Of a stretch of DNA of 64,000 bases, positions 1 to 8,519 are shown piece after piece. The number at the start of each line of letters is the position of its first letter. The first letter of the stretch is position 1. The notes below the pieces were generated by a model. It saw only the letters and a list, made by a program, of their open reading frames with translations. It ran no database searches and was not told the origin of the DNA. The stretch is from Candidatus Gottesmanbacteria bacterium (GTDB lineage Bacteria; Patescibacteriota; Microgenomatia; UBA10105; UBA927). The translations under genes were made by a program, and so were the position numbers. Where the stretch lies: assembly GCA_023245355.1 (NCBI GenBank), contig JAHFKN010000001.1, positions 75,528-139,527 of the forward strand, given 5' to 3'.

Positions 1-24
1 CTCAGCGGTACGCCTTCCTGCAGA

Positions 25-1026
25 TTAGATCGTGGGGTCTTGTTTCTTTTTCCGGAAGACATAGAGAAGTGCTCCTAGAAGGAGTATAGCACCCCCTATT
101 CCCAAGTTGCGAGCCACGGAAGATTTGGTTTCGGTCGTGGGTGTCTTGACTACTTCTGCACTCGGCGTCGTGTCGCCCAGAGTTTGTCCGCTTGTCCCCG
201 TCGGGCCCATGCTGCCGCTTACTGACGATTGGCCCAAGACACTTCCTCCCGCATTGGTGCCTCCGCTTACCGGGATTGCTCCCTGTGCCGGAGAACCGGT
301 CGGAGTGATAACCGTGATTGTGCTGACGTTGTCGCCGATAAGCGCTGAGCCGTTGCCGGCTGCATCAAATGCCCGCACTGCATAGTAAAACGTTTTGCTG
401 CAGTCAGGCGGCGTATCGGTTACGTTTTTGGCTTCATCGGATCCGATTGAGATGATCTGGATGCGCGATCCGTTATCCGCGTTAAACGGTACGGCATCGG
501 ACCGGTAGAGTTCTGCTTTGACCGTCGCGCCGCTGTCGTTTGCGGTTTTGAAGTGAATGGTATATTCACATGCGTTTGTTTTGTTTTTGCTGTAGTCGCG
601 CAGATCTCCCGGACCGCTTGTGTCGTAGGTCACAGTAGTCGTTTCGTCATCGAAGCTGTCTCCTGTTCCGTCTCCTGCCGTGGCTTCTACTTTGAACGCA
701 TAGGATCCCTCACCGTCATTCATCACGGAATTGTCTACTGCACAATTGCCGCTGTTTCCTCCGTTGGTAAATGTTTGGGCAGATCCGAACTGGGAGAATC
801 CGCCGTCTGACGGGCCTTTCTGGAAACATTTGACCGTGACAGTTCTTCCCTGCAGATCAAGTGCGACAAAACTCACGTTGAAGTTATTCTGATTTATCGG
901 CGATTTGGGCTGCTGGATTCTGACGCTGACATTTTTGGCAGCATATACCCTGCCTGTTACGGCAAGTGCTATCAATCCCGTCATAGTAAGAACGATAAGT
1001 TTTTTAAACATGGAGCCTCCGTGCAT
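25..1026 (-). CDS. Secreted cell-surface protein with N-terminal signal peptide and C-terminal hydrophobic anchor plus basic tail (no LPXTG)
   Basis: 333-aa ORF. The N-terminus MFKKLIVLTMTGLIALAVTG...VYA looks like a signal peptide. The C-terminus LGIGGAILLLGALLYVFRKKKQ is a TM helix followed by a basic tail. The body is Gly/Thr/Ser-rich with beta-rich segments. It lies immediately downstream of the giant LPXTG gene on the same strand. Confidence 0.5.
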   Translation of the reverse strand: MHGGSMFKKLIVLTMTGLIALAVTGRVYAAKNVSVRIQQPKSPINQNNFNVSFVALDLQGRTVTVKCFQKGPSDGGFSQFGSAQTFTNGGNSGNCAVDNSVMNDGEGSYAFKVEATAGDGTGDSFDDETTTVTYDTSGPGDLRDYSKNKTNACEYTIHFKTANDSGATVKAELYRSDAVPFNADNGSRIQIISIGSDEAKNVTDTPPDCSKTFYYAVRAFDAAGNGSALIGDNVSTITVITPTGSPAQGAIPVSGGTNAGGSVLGQSSVSGSMGPTGTSGQTLGDTTPSAEVVKTPTTETKSSVARNLGIGGAILLLGALLYVFRKKKQDPTI

Positions 1027-4000
1027 ATTTCCCGGCAGTTATTAATCCGATACCCATAAGGAACAGTAAGGCAGCAAAGGTAAGCCATGCCTCATCCGCA
1101 CCGGTTGCGGGAAGTTCGGTAGATGCTCCCAATACTTCGCCGGTTGTCGGATTCAGTGTGGCGCCGTTTTGCGTGCTCTTGACTACATTTACGCCGGTGC
1201 CTACGTGATTCGTTTCATCAATATATCCTGGGCTTACCGCAAGTGCGACTACGTCGTTGCCGTCGTTGACTGCACAGTTTGTTTCGAACTTGCATCCGTA
1301 TGCCCATGCCAGATCCTTGTACAATCCCGGCTTCTGGTCGACACTTATGTCGGCGATGTAGGTAAGGGTGACCTTCTCGTTCATGACCATATCTCCGAGG
1401 TTCCACACGCCCGGTGAATGATAGGTGGGTTCCGTCGTGATTCCGAGTGTCTTTAGGTCGCCGCGTGCCGTTGAATTGCTTGTCCATGAGCCTGCGCGGT
1501 ACGTAAACCCTCCGGCCGGCAGGTCGGTCACTACTACGTTGTATGCGGCACTCTGGGTTGCGGTAACCGTAAGGGTAAACAGCACGCTGTCTCCTGGTGC
1601 TTTATCTCCCGCTGCGTTGTTTTCTTTGGTAATCGTCAGAACCGGATTTAAGCGGTGATTTCCGACGACACAGCGCTGCGTTTCTCCCGGGGAAAGCGTA
1701 AATGTCCCGGTATCTGTAGTATCGTCTGCCGAATCATCAGCAAAGAAGTCTTCGTTTCTTCCGCAGCTTAGCTGTGTCTGCTCCCAGCCTTTTTGCAGAT
1801 TCTCGGTAAGCGTATACCGGCCGGCAAGCAGATTTTCAAATATGGCCTGCCCGTCATCATTGGTTGTTTCCTGTTCTTCGTCGCCGTTTAGATTCATTGT
1901 CCAGCCGGAAAGCACGTCTTCTCCTTCATCCCGGACTTTATTTCCGTTTTCATCGTTATATTTCGTCACGATGACCGTACCCCGTTTGGTATTGGTAAAC
2001 GTGCATGTGATCACTTCGCCGGCAGACAAATCCAATTCTCCGGCGACTTCTTGGTCTTCATGTGAACTTTGGCAGGACACATCGGTAAGATCCCATCCTG
2101 TTGGTACTGTTTCGGATACGGAATACCCTCCGGGCAATAAGGATTGGTCATTCGGTTCGTCCATATCTGCCAAATCGAAATTTTCGTAACCTTCCCCTGT
2201 TGCCGTAAATTCAAAGGATGTCAGATCTTCACTCGGGTCGGTTATTTTGTCTACGATGATGCGTCCGCGCTGCGTGTTGGTGAATACGCAGGTAATCGTC
2301 TCTCCCGGGTTGAGATGGAGGCTGTCAGCTGATTCCGAATCTTCGTTTGAACTCGTACACACCGTATTGGTGAGTGTCCAGCCGGACGGCTCCGTTTCCG
2401 ACACGCTGTAGGTTCCGGGAGTCAGGTATCCGCTGTCGTTTTGTCCGCCGTCTGCCAGTACAAATCCGCTTTCGTCATAGCTAGCTGCAAAGTTAAATTC
2501 CTTTTTGCTGCCGTCAGGATCGGTTTGTTTTTCCACAATAATCCGCCCTTGTTCATAATTTCCGATGGAACACGTGGTCGTTTGTCCGGCAGTTACCGTA
2601 ACAGGATGGCTGTTATCATTGTCTGTCGCCGTTTCACTTCCACAGGAGATATTCGATTGAAGCCAGCCTTCATTGATCTGCTCGCTTAATGTATAGGTAC
2701 CGGGAGTAAGATCACTGAACGTTACCTGGCCGTTTACGCTTGCGCCGGTAAACTGTGACATCTTATCCAAATGGATTTCCCATGAATTCAGCACCTCGTC
2801 ACCGGCATCTTTGGTGCCGTCCATATTATGGTCGTAGTATTTGATCACCGTGACATGACCGCGTTTGGTATTGGTTATCTCACAGGTTTTTGTTTCCCCT
2901 GCAGCGACGGCAACATCTGAACAAGTATTGCTCGTTTCATCCCAGTTACCGGGTACGGTTTCGCTTACGGAATAGGTGCCCGGAGTGACTTCGTAATTTT
3001 TGTCAGTATCGTCGCTTATAGATCCTGCTCCACCGCCGGTGATTGTGCCGGTGCCGGTAGCCAGAATACTGAATACATTGGCGTCATCTGCCGGAATAGT
3101 CGTTTTTTGTACAATGAGATGTCCGCGCTGCGTGTTGGTAAACGTGCACGTTACGGTTTCCCCCGCTGACAGACTGATAGCGTTTGGATTGCTTTGGTCG
3201 GAACAGCTGGTATCGGTGAGATCCCATCCTGTTACACCGGTTTCCGCGATACTGTATGTGCCTGGCATAAGATATCCGCTGTCATTTGTATGCCCGTCGG
3301 TTAATGAAAATCCGTTTGCATCATAGTCAGCTGTAAAGCCGAAACTCTGGGCACTTCCGTCGGGAAGCGTTTGCTTCTCTACAATAATTTTCCCCATATG
3401 CGTATTTACGAATGTATGGGAGTAGGTGTGCCCGTTTTCCAGCGTGCCGAAATCATGCGATGTGTCGCCAAGATGCTGCCAGCCTGTCTGTGATTCTTCC
3501 TGTGTGCTGTAACTTCCCGGGGAAAGATTGGTCCATGTGTAGCAGCCGTCTCTTCCGGTGACCTGCGCGTTGTCATACATCTGGCTGTTTTTCAGAAGAT
3601 CTACCTGCCATCCACTGACCGGTGTGCGGTCCGTGGTTGTGGTGAGACTGCCGTCGGCATCTTCCACTTTACACACGGTAACAGACATATTTTCGAAATT
3701 GGCGAAATTGATTTCCTTTGATTCCCCGCTTTGCACCGCAAACGGTGTAGGAGTCGGCGTCGGGCCGATGGTCTGTGTCCAGCCCGGTTTGAGCTGTTCC
3801 AAGACATAGTACGTTTTGTTTACGACAAGTCCCGTGAATTCATAATACCCGTCGGTCAATGTCGTATACGTTCCGAGTACGGCATGTGTCGTACCGTCAT
3901 ACAGATCAAATACCCACCCTGCAAGAGTCGCGTTAAGGTCATCTGCATCTAACGTGCCGTCTCCGTCGTTGTCACGGTATTTTACTCCGTAGATTTTGGC

Positions 4001-7000
4001 ATACCGCGTATTACCGAAATCTTTGCCGGTGTAGCTGCCGCCGCTTGTCACATCTACCTGATGATTCGGAGAGTTGCCCCCCGGAGACGTCTGGTACCAG
4101 ACCTTCGTATCGGGAATCGTTTCACTAATCGTGTAGGTGCCTGCCTGGCAGACTTTGAACGAGTATGCGCCATTTGCGTCCGTTACATCGCTCGCTACGG
4201 TGCCGTTTAAGTTGATTGTCCAGTTAGGAAGGGCGGGTTCACCGGCGTCTTTTACTCCGTCACCATCCAGGTCTTCCCATTTCATGCCGCTGATTGTCGC
4301 ACAGGCAAAGTTACCGAAATATACGATTTCATTTTGGCTTGATGTAAGCGTGACATTTTGTGATAAGAGCGTTGTATTGGACCAGTCAGTTTTGAGTGTT
4401 TCGGCTACGCTATACTGACCGGGAGACAGATTTGTAAATGTCGTACAGCCGTCACCACTGGTTGTTTGTGTGACATTTCCCGGGGTAAGCGTCATGCTCC
4501 AGTCATTCAGGAATGATTCAGATCCTTCCTTGGCTCCGTTTCCGTTGTGGTCATTATACTTACACGCTTCGATGCTGCGGAGTTTGGTGTTGGTAAAGGT
4601 ACAGGTCACGGTTTCCCCCGCTCCCACATCCAGATTGTCTGGTGTTTCACCGTTGTCGCACACGCCTCCGTCTGACGACCAGCCGGCAAGTGCGGTTTCG
4701 CTGACGGTATAGGCGCCCGGTACGACGACCTGATCATTTGATCCACCGTTTGCCAATGAAAATCCGGTATATCCTGCGCCAGTCGTCTCAAAGGTAAATG
4801 TATCGTCTGCTCCTGAAGTAATTTTCTTTACGATAATGTGACCCTTTTGGGTATTGGTGATGGTACAGGTTGAGCTTCCTCCGGCTGCGACTACGACATT
4901 AGTACATGTGTTGGAAGTTTCGGTCCAGCCCGTCGGTACAGTTTCGGTGACTGAATAGGTTCCTGCGGTTACTTCATAGTTTTGATCGGTGCTGTCAGTA
5001 ATGCTTCCTGCACCCCCGCCGGTGATCGTGCCCGTGCCGGTTGCATTTATGGTAAATGACTGTTGGCTTCCTGCCGGTACTGTAGTTTTTTGTACGATCA
5101 GATGACCATTTTGCTGAGTGTTGGTGAAGGTACAGGTTATAACTTCTCCCTCTGTTACCGATAATGTGGCTGTCCGCGTTCCAATATTAACGCTGCCGTT
5201 GGCGTCATCACAGGTAAGATTTGTAAGTGACCAGCCGCTTACTGTATTTTCTGTAATTGTTTTTGTATCTCCGTTATTAGCTGTAAAGGACGTTATAGTA
5301 AATACTTTTGTGTTTGAGAGCGTACTGTCAGAATCATCGTCAAGGGAAAAGTTCGATAATTCTGTTCCCGTCGTGGTAAAAGCAAAATCCTGAGCGTCGT
5401 TCGGAACTGCGTCTTTGACAATTGTGATCGTTGCAGGGTAAATGACAGCTTCAGACGCAAGAGACCTGTCCTGATTTCCGCCAGAGCCGTCCAAACCGCG
5501 CAGTCTCATGTGGTATGGAGATCCTGATATGGAGATGGCCGAGTTATTGGCTCCCCAATCGCTCCGGGTAGCTATATGACCACCCCATGCCAATACAGGA
5601 TTTGCAACAGACGGCGTAAATGTGATGGTGATTTGTGTCTCACTGTCACCGGTGTAAGGTGCTACTAAATTGTAAGCAGACACACCTGTAATCGTGCCTC
5701 CGAATAATGAGAAATTACCCGGAATTTGAGTGCCTGTCCAATTAGCGTCTGCCGGAATATTCGGATCAGCTGGAATAGGAAATGTGCTAGCAGGTCCGGA
5801 ACATCCTGATATACCTGAACACGGATCCGTTGTTTCAGTGCGGTCGTAGCTTGTCAGGTAATCAAGTGCATGTTTTCCTGCTTTTGTGGTATCCCAACCG
5901 ATAGTTACTGTATGAGAGGAGAGCGGCAGGTTGCCGAATTTCATACGATATGCGACCGAGTCTCCTTCAAAATAATCTGCTTGGTTGCCGTTCAAATTTC
6001 CGTTCTGCCAACCCATAGGGGCTTCATTTCCCCACTGATCAAGATCGGCGGAGGGATTACCTGAGGGTGAATTTGATACGGTAATAGCGCTAGTAAGCAC
6101 CAGAGCTGAGCTTGCACCATCAGTACACACGTTATCTTTAAAAGCCTGCACGGTTAAATCGTACGTTCCTAGAGTGTTAGGAGATGTAATATTAAAAGTT
6201 TCAGAGTAAGTGCCTGTTGAGGTGTGATCGTTATGATTTTTGCAACTAGTTGTTCCATTAATTGTCCAGGATGTTGCCTTCCAGTCATTATCAGTTCCGC
6301 TTCCTGAGGTTGTTACAGAAATCGCCATCGATACATTAGTAGACGGCGCGACGGTAACAGGTGTTCCTGAGGAGCTGGGGGATGGCGGAGTCCAGCTGGT
6401 TCCCCCATCTAAAGAGACAGAATCAATCGTTCGGCTATCGGTAAAAGTTGTAGTGGCGATTGCTTGACCGAGGTGATTTGTCACGACAACCTTGTAGTTG
6501 GGGCGGTAGATTCCGTCGAGTTGGTATGCGTACACAAATGCCCCGTGTGCGTCTGTCGTAATGGTATCGGTTGTTGAGGTTGCCGGTTCATCCGTGGAAC
6601 TTACAGTGATGTTGTAGCTGTGATTCGGTTTGAATCCCGTGCCGGTAATGATAGCCGTATCTGTGGGTGCATAATCCGCTTTGTCGGTTGTGAGTGACGC
6701 GCTGTTGGAAGGATCTATGTTATCCAGGTTCAGTGAGTTTGCTTCCACATTCTGCAATACAACAGCCTGCAGTTGCCCGTCTTCGGTAGGTTCCGGTGTA
6801 ACGGTCGGTGAGGGCGTAGCCGTAACGGAAGCGCCATCCAGAATCTGCCCCTGCTCCGGCGGTCCGGTTTCTTTCGGCGGTTCATTTGTTGTCGTTGCTG
6901 GCGTCGTTGTCTGGTCAGTCGGAGCCGGAGTAACTTCTTCTGTCGGTGTTGCAGTGGGTGTGGCGTCAGGTGTTGTTGTCGGAGTTACATCAATTGTTGG

Positions 7001-7243
7001 GGTAGGAGTTACAGTCTCTGTCGGAGCCGGTGTAACTTCTTCTGTCGGTGTTGCAGTGGGTGTGGCGTCAGGTGTTGTTGTGATTGTCGGATCCGGTGTC
7101 GGAACAGGAGTTACGGTAGGTGTTGCTTCCTGTGCAAATACTTGTGGGGTGAGATATTGAAAAACCGGAAGAATTGGTTGAATCAGCATGAGGATGCTGC
7201 TCAACACCGCAAAAATTTTATTCGCCCGTCTCAGGGTTTTCAT
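1004..7243 (-). CDS. Giant (2079 aa) sortase-anchored LPXTG surface protein/adhesin with about 14 CnaB/prealbumin-like (SdrD-B/DUF11-type) repeats and an N-terminal Thr/Pro-rich repeat stalk
   Basis: Signal peptide MKTLRRANKIFAVLSSILMLIQPILPVF...AQEA. The C-terminus has ELPATG, then a hydrophobic stretch (LTFAALLFLMGIGLITAG), then KYARRLHV, which is a canonical LPXTG sorting signal. Repeated modules end in ...TCTFTNT / ...TCEITNTKRG and carry G.Y.V.ET.P.GW cores, typical of Gram-positive CnaB-type fold repeats. Thr/Pro-rich repeats follow the signal peptide. Confidence 0.8.
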   Translation of the reverse strand: MKTLRRANKIFAVLSSILMLIQPILPVFQYLTPQVFAQEATPTVTPVPTPDPTITTTPDATPTATPTEEVTPAPTETVTPTPTIDVTPTTTPDATPTATPTEEVTPAPTDQTTTPATTTNEPPKETGPPEQGQILDGASVTATPSPTVTPEPTEDGQLQAVVLQNVEANSLNLDNIDPSNSASLTTDKADYAPTDTAIITGTGFKPNHSYNITVSSTDEPATSTTDTITTDAHGAFVYAYQLDGIYRPNYKVVVTNHLGQAIATTTFTDSRTIDSVSLDGGTSWTPPSPSSSGTPVTVAPSTNVSMAISVTTSGSGTDNDWKATSWTINGTTSCKNHNDHTSTGTYSETFNITSPNTLGTYDLTVQAFKDNVCTDGASSALVLTSAITVSNSPSGNPSADLDQWGNEAPMGWQNGNLNGNQADYFEGDSVAYRMKFGNLPLSSHTVTIGWDTTKAGKHALDYLTSYDRTETTDPCSGISGCSGPASTFPIPADPNIPADANWTGTQIPGNFSLFGGTITGVSAYNLVAPYTGDSETQITITFTPSVANPVLAWGGHIATRSDWGANNSAISISGSPYHMRLRGLDGSGGNQDRSLASEAVIYPATITIVKDAVPNDAQDFAFTTTGTELSNFSLDDDSDSTLSNTKVFTITSFTANNGDTKTITENTVSGWSLTNLTCDDANGSVNIGTRTATLSVTEGEVITCTFTNTQQNGHLIVQKTTVPAGSQQSFTINATGTGTITGGGAGSITDSTDQNYEVTAGTYSVTETVPTGWTETSNTCTNVVVAAGGSSTCTITNTQKGHIIVKKITSGADDTFTFETTGAGYTGFSLANGGSNDQVVVPGAYTVSETALAGWSSDGGVCDNGETPDNLDVGAGETVTCTFTNTKLRSIEACKYNDHNGNGAKEGSESFLNDWSMTLTPGNVTQTTSGDGCTTFTNLSPGQYSVAETLKTDWSNTTLLSQNVTLTSSQNEIVYFGNFACATISGMKWEDLDGDGVKDAGEPALPNWTINLNGTVASDVTDANGAYSFKVCQAGTYTISETIPDTKVWYQTSPGGNSPNHQVDVTSGGSYTGKDFGNTRYAKIYGVKYRDNDGDGTLDADDLNATLAGWVFDLYDGTTHAVLGTYTTLTDGYYEFTGLVVNKTYYVLEQLKPGWTQTIGPTPTPTPFAVQSGESKEINFANFENMSVTVCKVEDADGSLTTTTDRTPVSGWQVDLLKNSQMYDNAQVTGRDGCYTWTNLSPGSYSTQEESQTGWQHLGDTSHDFGTLENGHTYSHTFVNTHMGKIIVEKQTLPDGSAQSFGFTADYDANGFSLTDGHTNDSGYLMPGTYSIAETGVTGWDLTDTSCSDQSNPNAISLSAGETVTCTFTNTQRGHLIVQKTTIPADDANVFSILATGTGTITGGGAGSISDDTDKNYEVTPGTYSVSETVPGNWDETSNTCSDVAVAAGETKTCEITNTKRGHVTVIKYYDHNMDGTKDAGDEVLNSWEIHLDKMSQFTGASVNGQVTFSDLTPGTYTLSEQINEGWLQSNISCGSETATDNDNSHPVTVTAGQTTTCSIGNYEQGRIIVEKQTDPDGSKKEFNFAASYDESGFVLADGGQNDSGYLTPGTYSVSETEPSGWTLTNTVCTSSNEDSESADSLHLNPGETITCVFTNTQRGRIIVDKITDPSEDLTSFEFTATGEGYENFDLADMDEPNDQSLLPGGYSVSETVPTGWDLTDVSCQSSHEDQEVAGELDLSAGEVITCTFTNTKRGTVIVTKYNDENGNKVRDEGEDVLSGWTMNLNGDEEQETTNDDGQAIFENLLAGRYTLTENLQKGWEQTQLSCGRNEDFFADDSADDTTDTGTFTLSPGETQRCVVGNHRLNPVLTITKENNAAGDKAPGDSVLFTLTVTATQSAAYNVVVTDLPAGGFTYRAGSWTSNSTARGDLKTLGITTEPTYHSPGVWNLGDMVMNEKVTLTYIADISVDQKPGLYKDLAWAYGCKFETNCAVNDGNDVVALAVSPGYIDETNHVGTGVNVVKSTQNGATLNPTTGEVLGASTELPATGADEAWLTFAALLFLMGIGLITAGKYARRLHV
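6920..7081. repeat. Tandem direct repeat, period 102 bp (about 2 copies; 60-bp near-identical cores at 6920-6979 and 7022-7081), encoding the TPDATPTATPTEEVTPAPT stalk repeat of the giant surface protein
   Basis: Near-identical 60-bp blocks cggagccgg[a/t]gtaacttcttctgtcggtgttgcagtgggtgtggcgtcaggtgttgttgt, read directly from the sequence. Confidence 0.8.
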
Positions 7244-7393
7244 GAAATAAATTCGACCGCCTGCAATTATTTTGTATTATACAACCCTATAGCAAACTTT
7301 GTCAATGAATTAGTAATATATCTTACAATATGACTAATGGCGCTACTACGCCACAAACTAGAATTAATGTCGTATTACCTGATTATACCTGTG

Positions 7394-7447
7394 TGGATCG
7401 TGTAGGATTTGAACCTACGACATGTCCGATCCAATCGGACCGCTCTA
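7394..7447 (-). tRNA. tRNA-Pro(UGG) 3' portion (nt ~18-73: part of D arm, anticodon arm, variable loop, T arm, acceptor 3' strand ACGATCC + A73), detached from its 5' portion
   Basis: Minus-strand reading: ...TAGAGCGGTCCGATTGGATCGGACATGTCGTAGGTTCAAATCCTACACGATCCA. The anticodon loop is ATTGGAT, giving anticodon UGG. The T arm is GTAGG-TTCAAAT-CCTAC. The matching 5' acceptor strand GGATCGT is found 375 bp away at 7816-7822. Confidence 0.7.
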
Positions 7448-7454
7448 TCGGAAG

Positions 7455-7526
7455 TGGTCGGTGCAGGATTTGAACCTGCGACATCTGCAATGTGAATGCA
7501 GCGCTCTACCGCTGAGCTAACCGACC
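7455..7526 (-). tRNA. tRNA-Val(CAC)
   Basis: Minus strand: GGTCGGT TA GCTC AGCGGTA GAGC G CTGCA TTCACAT TGCAG ATGTC GCAGG TTCAAAT CCTGC ACCGACC A. The acceptor stem pairs perfectly and the anticodon loop gives CAC. Its first 10 nt overlap the last codons and stop of the GIY-YIG ORF. Confidence 0.8.
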
Positions 7527-7765
7527 CGAATTAACTCTTCAATGACTTTCCTGCTTTTTAATTTCTTTAGCTTACGCTCTTCTCTCTTAGCCTCAACAAT
7601 ATTTTCAAATTCCTTACTATATTTGATTATCCAAGGCCTGGTTGTTCGTGTGTATGGACTCTTGCCGTCGTTATGCTCTTTCAGCCTTCGTGTCAAATCG
7701 GTTGTTGAACCAATATAAAATCTATTATTTTTTGCGCTCTGTAAAATATACAGATAGCCTTTCAT
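7517..7765 (-). CDS. Small stand-alone GIY-YIG nuclease-domain protein (YhbQ/UPF0213-like), 82 aa
   Basis: MKGYLYILQSAKNNRFYIGSTTDLTRRLKEHNDGKS... matches the GIY-x10-YIG motif followed by the RRL.EHN signature of the GIY-YIG catalytic core. No extra DNA-binding domain is present. Confidence 0.8.
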   Translation of the reverse strand: MKGYLYILQSAKNNRFYIGSTTDLTRRLKEHNDGKSPYTRTTRPWIIKYSKEFENIVEAKREERKLKKLKSRKVIEELIRVG

Positions 7766-7774
7766 GAAAATTTA

Positions 7775-7822
7775 CGACATGTCCGATCCAATCGGACCGC
7801 TCTACCGCTGAGCTAACGATCC
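7775..7822 (-). tRNA. tRNA-Pro(UGG) 5' portion (nt 1-48: acceptor 5' strand, D arm, anticodon arm, variable loop), detached from T arm and 3' acceptor strand
   Basis: Minus strand: GGATCGT TA GCTC AGCGGTA GAGC G GTCCG ATTGGAT CGGAC ATGTCG. This is followed by TAAATTTTC and the ATG of the GIY-YIG ORF instead of a T arm. Confidence 0.7.
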
Positions 7823-7886
7823 TTTAAGGAATCATCATTATTATATACAGCTTACTGTGATGGGACAATAGTAAGGTATCCGCCCG

Positions 7887-8480
7887 TTAGCCGGCTGAAG
7901 TTGCCAGTGACCGTTCGTTGGAGAGGCCGAATGTTGTGCCGTGTTTCTTGAACATACCCCAGTACCCCATTTTCTTTTTTCGGGTGTTAAATGAGGCAAG
8001 CCATGTGCGGCTGTCCTCAACCTGTTCGCGGAGCACCTTGATAAATGTGCGCAACTGTTCGTAGAAGTTGAGGTGATACACGCCGGGATTTACCACTTCC
8101 TGGTTTACTGCACTCTGTACTTCCTGGTTCAGGTTCCGCAGGGAAGCAATAAGCGCCTTGAGTTCCGTGCGTATCATTTCCAGCTGCTGGCGTGTTTCCA
8201 TATCGATTTTTTCCGCATTCGGTTTGTGCTGCACTTCCGTGCGGACAGGAGCCTGAGCGACCGGCTCCGGGGTCTTTTCTCCGAATTCGATTGTCTGGTT
8301 GGGCTGCAGTTCACCGGATTTCGGCATGCCTCCAAGAAGTGAGGATACGATGTCTGTACCGATTTTGCCGAATTCTGCTACCGTGTTGGATCCCACGCTG
8401 GTAGGTACGGAACCTAACGCTTCGAGCACGTTATCGTTCTTGTAGTGCGTCGCTTTCTTTTTCGCGGAGGCTTGTATCAT
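7887..8480 (-). CDS. Hypothetical protein (197 aa), predicted coiled-coil
   Basis: Long ORF with no recognisable motif. The central region RQQLEMIRTELKALIASLRNLNQEVQ is heptad-like. Confidence 0.4.
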   Translation of the reverse strand: MIQASAKKKATHYKNDNVLEALGSVPTSVGSNTVAEFGKIGTDIVSSLLGGMPKSGELQPNQTIEFGEKTPEPVAQAPVRTEVQHKPNAEKIDMETRQQLEMIRTELKALIASLRNLNQEVQSAVNQEVVNPGVYHLNFYEQLRTFIKVLREQVEDSRTWLASFNTRKKKMGYWGMFKKHGTTFGLSNERSLATSAG

Positions 8481-8519
8481 AGCGCCTGCATTATACTACA
8501 GGGCAGCCTATTTGCAAAT

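Larger units (their letters stand above)
7416..7804 (-). mobile_element. Insertion (GIY-YIG ORF + tRNA-Val) within tRNA-Pro, bounded by 32-bp perfect direct repeats (7416-7447 and 7773-7804)
   Basis: The 32-nt sequence tacgacatgtccgatccaatcggaccgctcta occurs twice in direct orientation. It corresponds to tRNA-Pro positions ~18-48. Neither copy is attached to a complete tRNA. Confidence 0.6.

Noticed and set aside
6681-7160. 159-aa plus-strand ORF (Gly/Val/Ser-rich)
   Set aside because: It lies antisense within the tandem-repeat region of the giant LPXTG gene. Its composition is an artefact of the repeat, not an independent gene.
7386-7822. Group I intron in tRNA-Pro
   Set aside because: The interruption is at the variable-loop/T-stem junction, not the anticodon loop. 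It is flanked by a 32-nt exon duplication and contains a second tRNA. None of this fits a self-splicing intron, so an insertion/rearrangement model is preferred.
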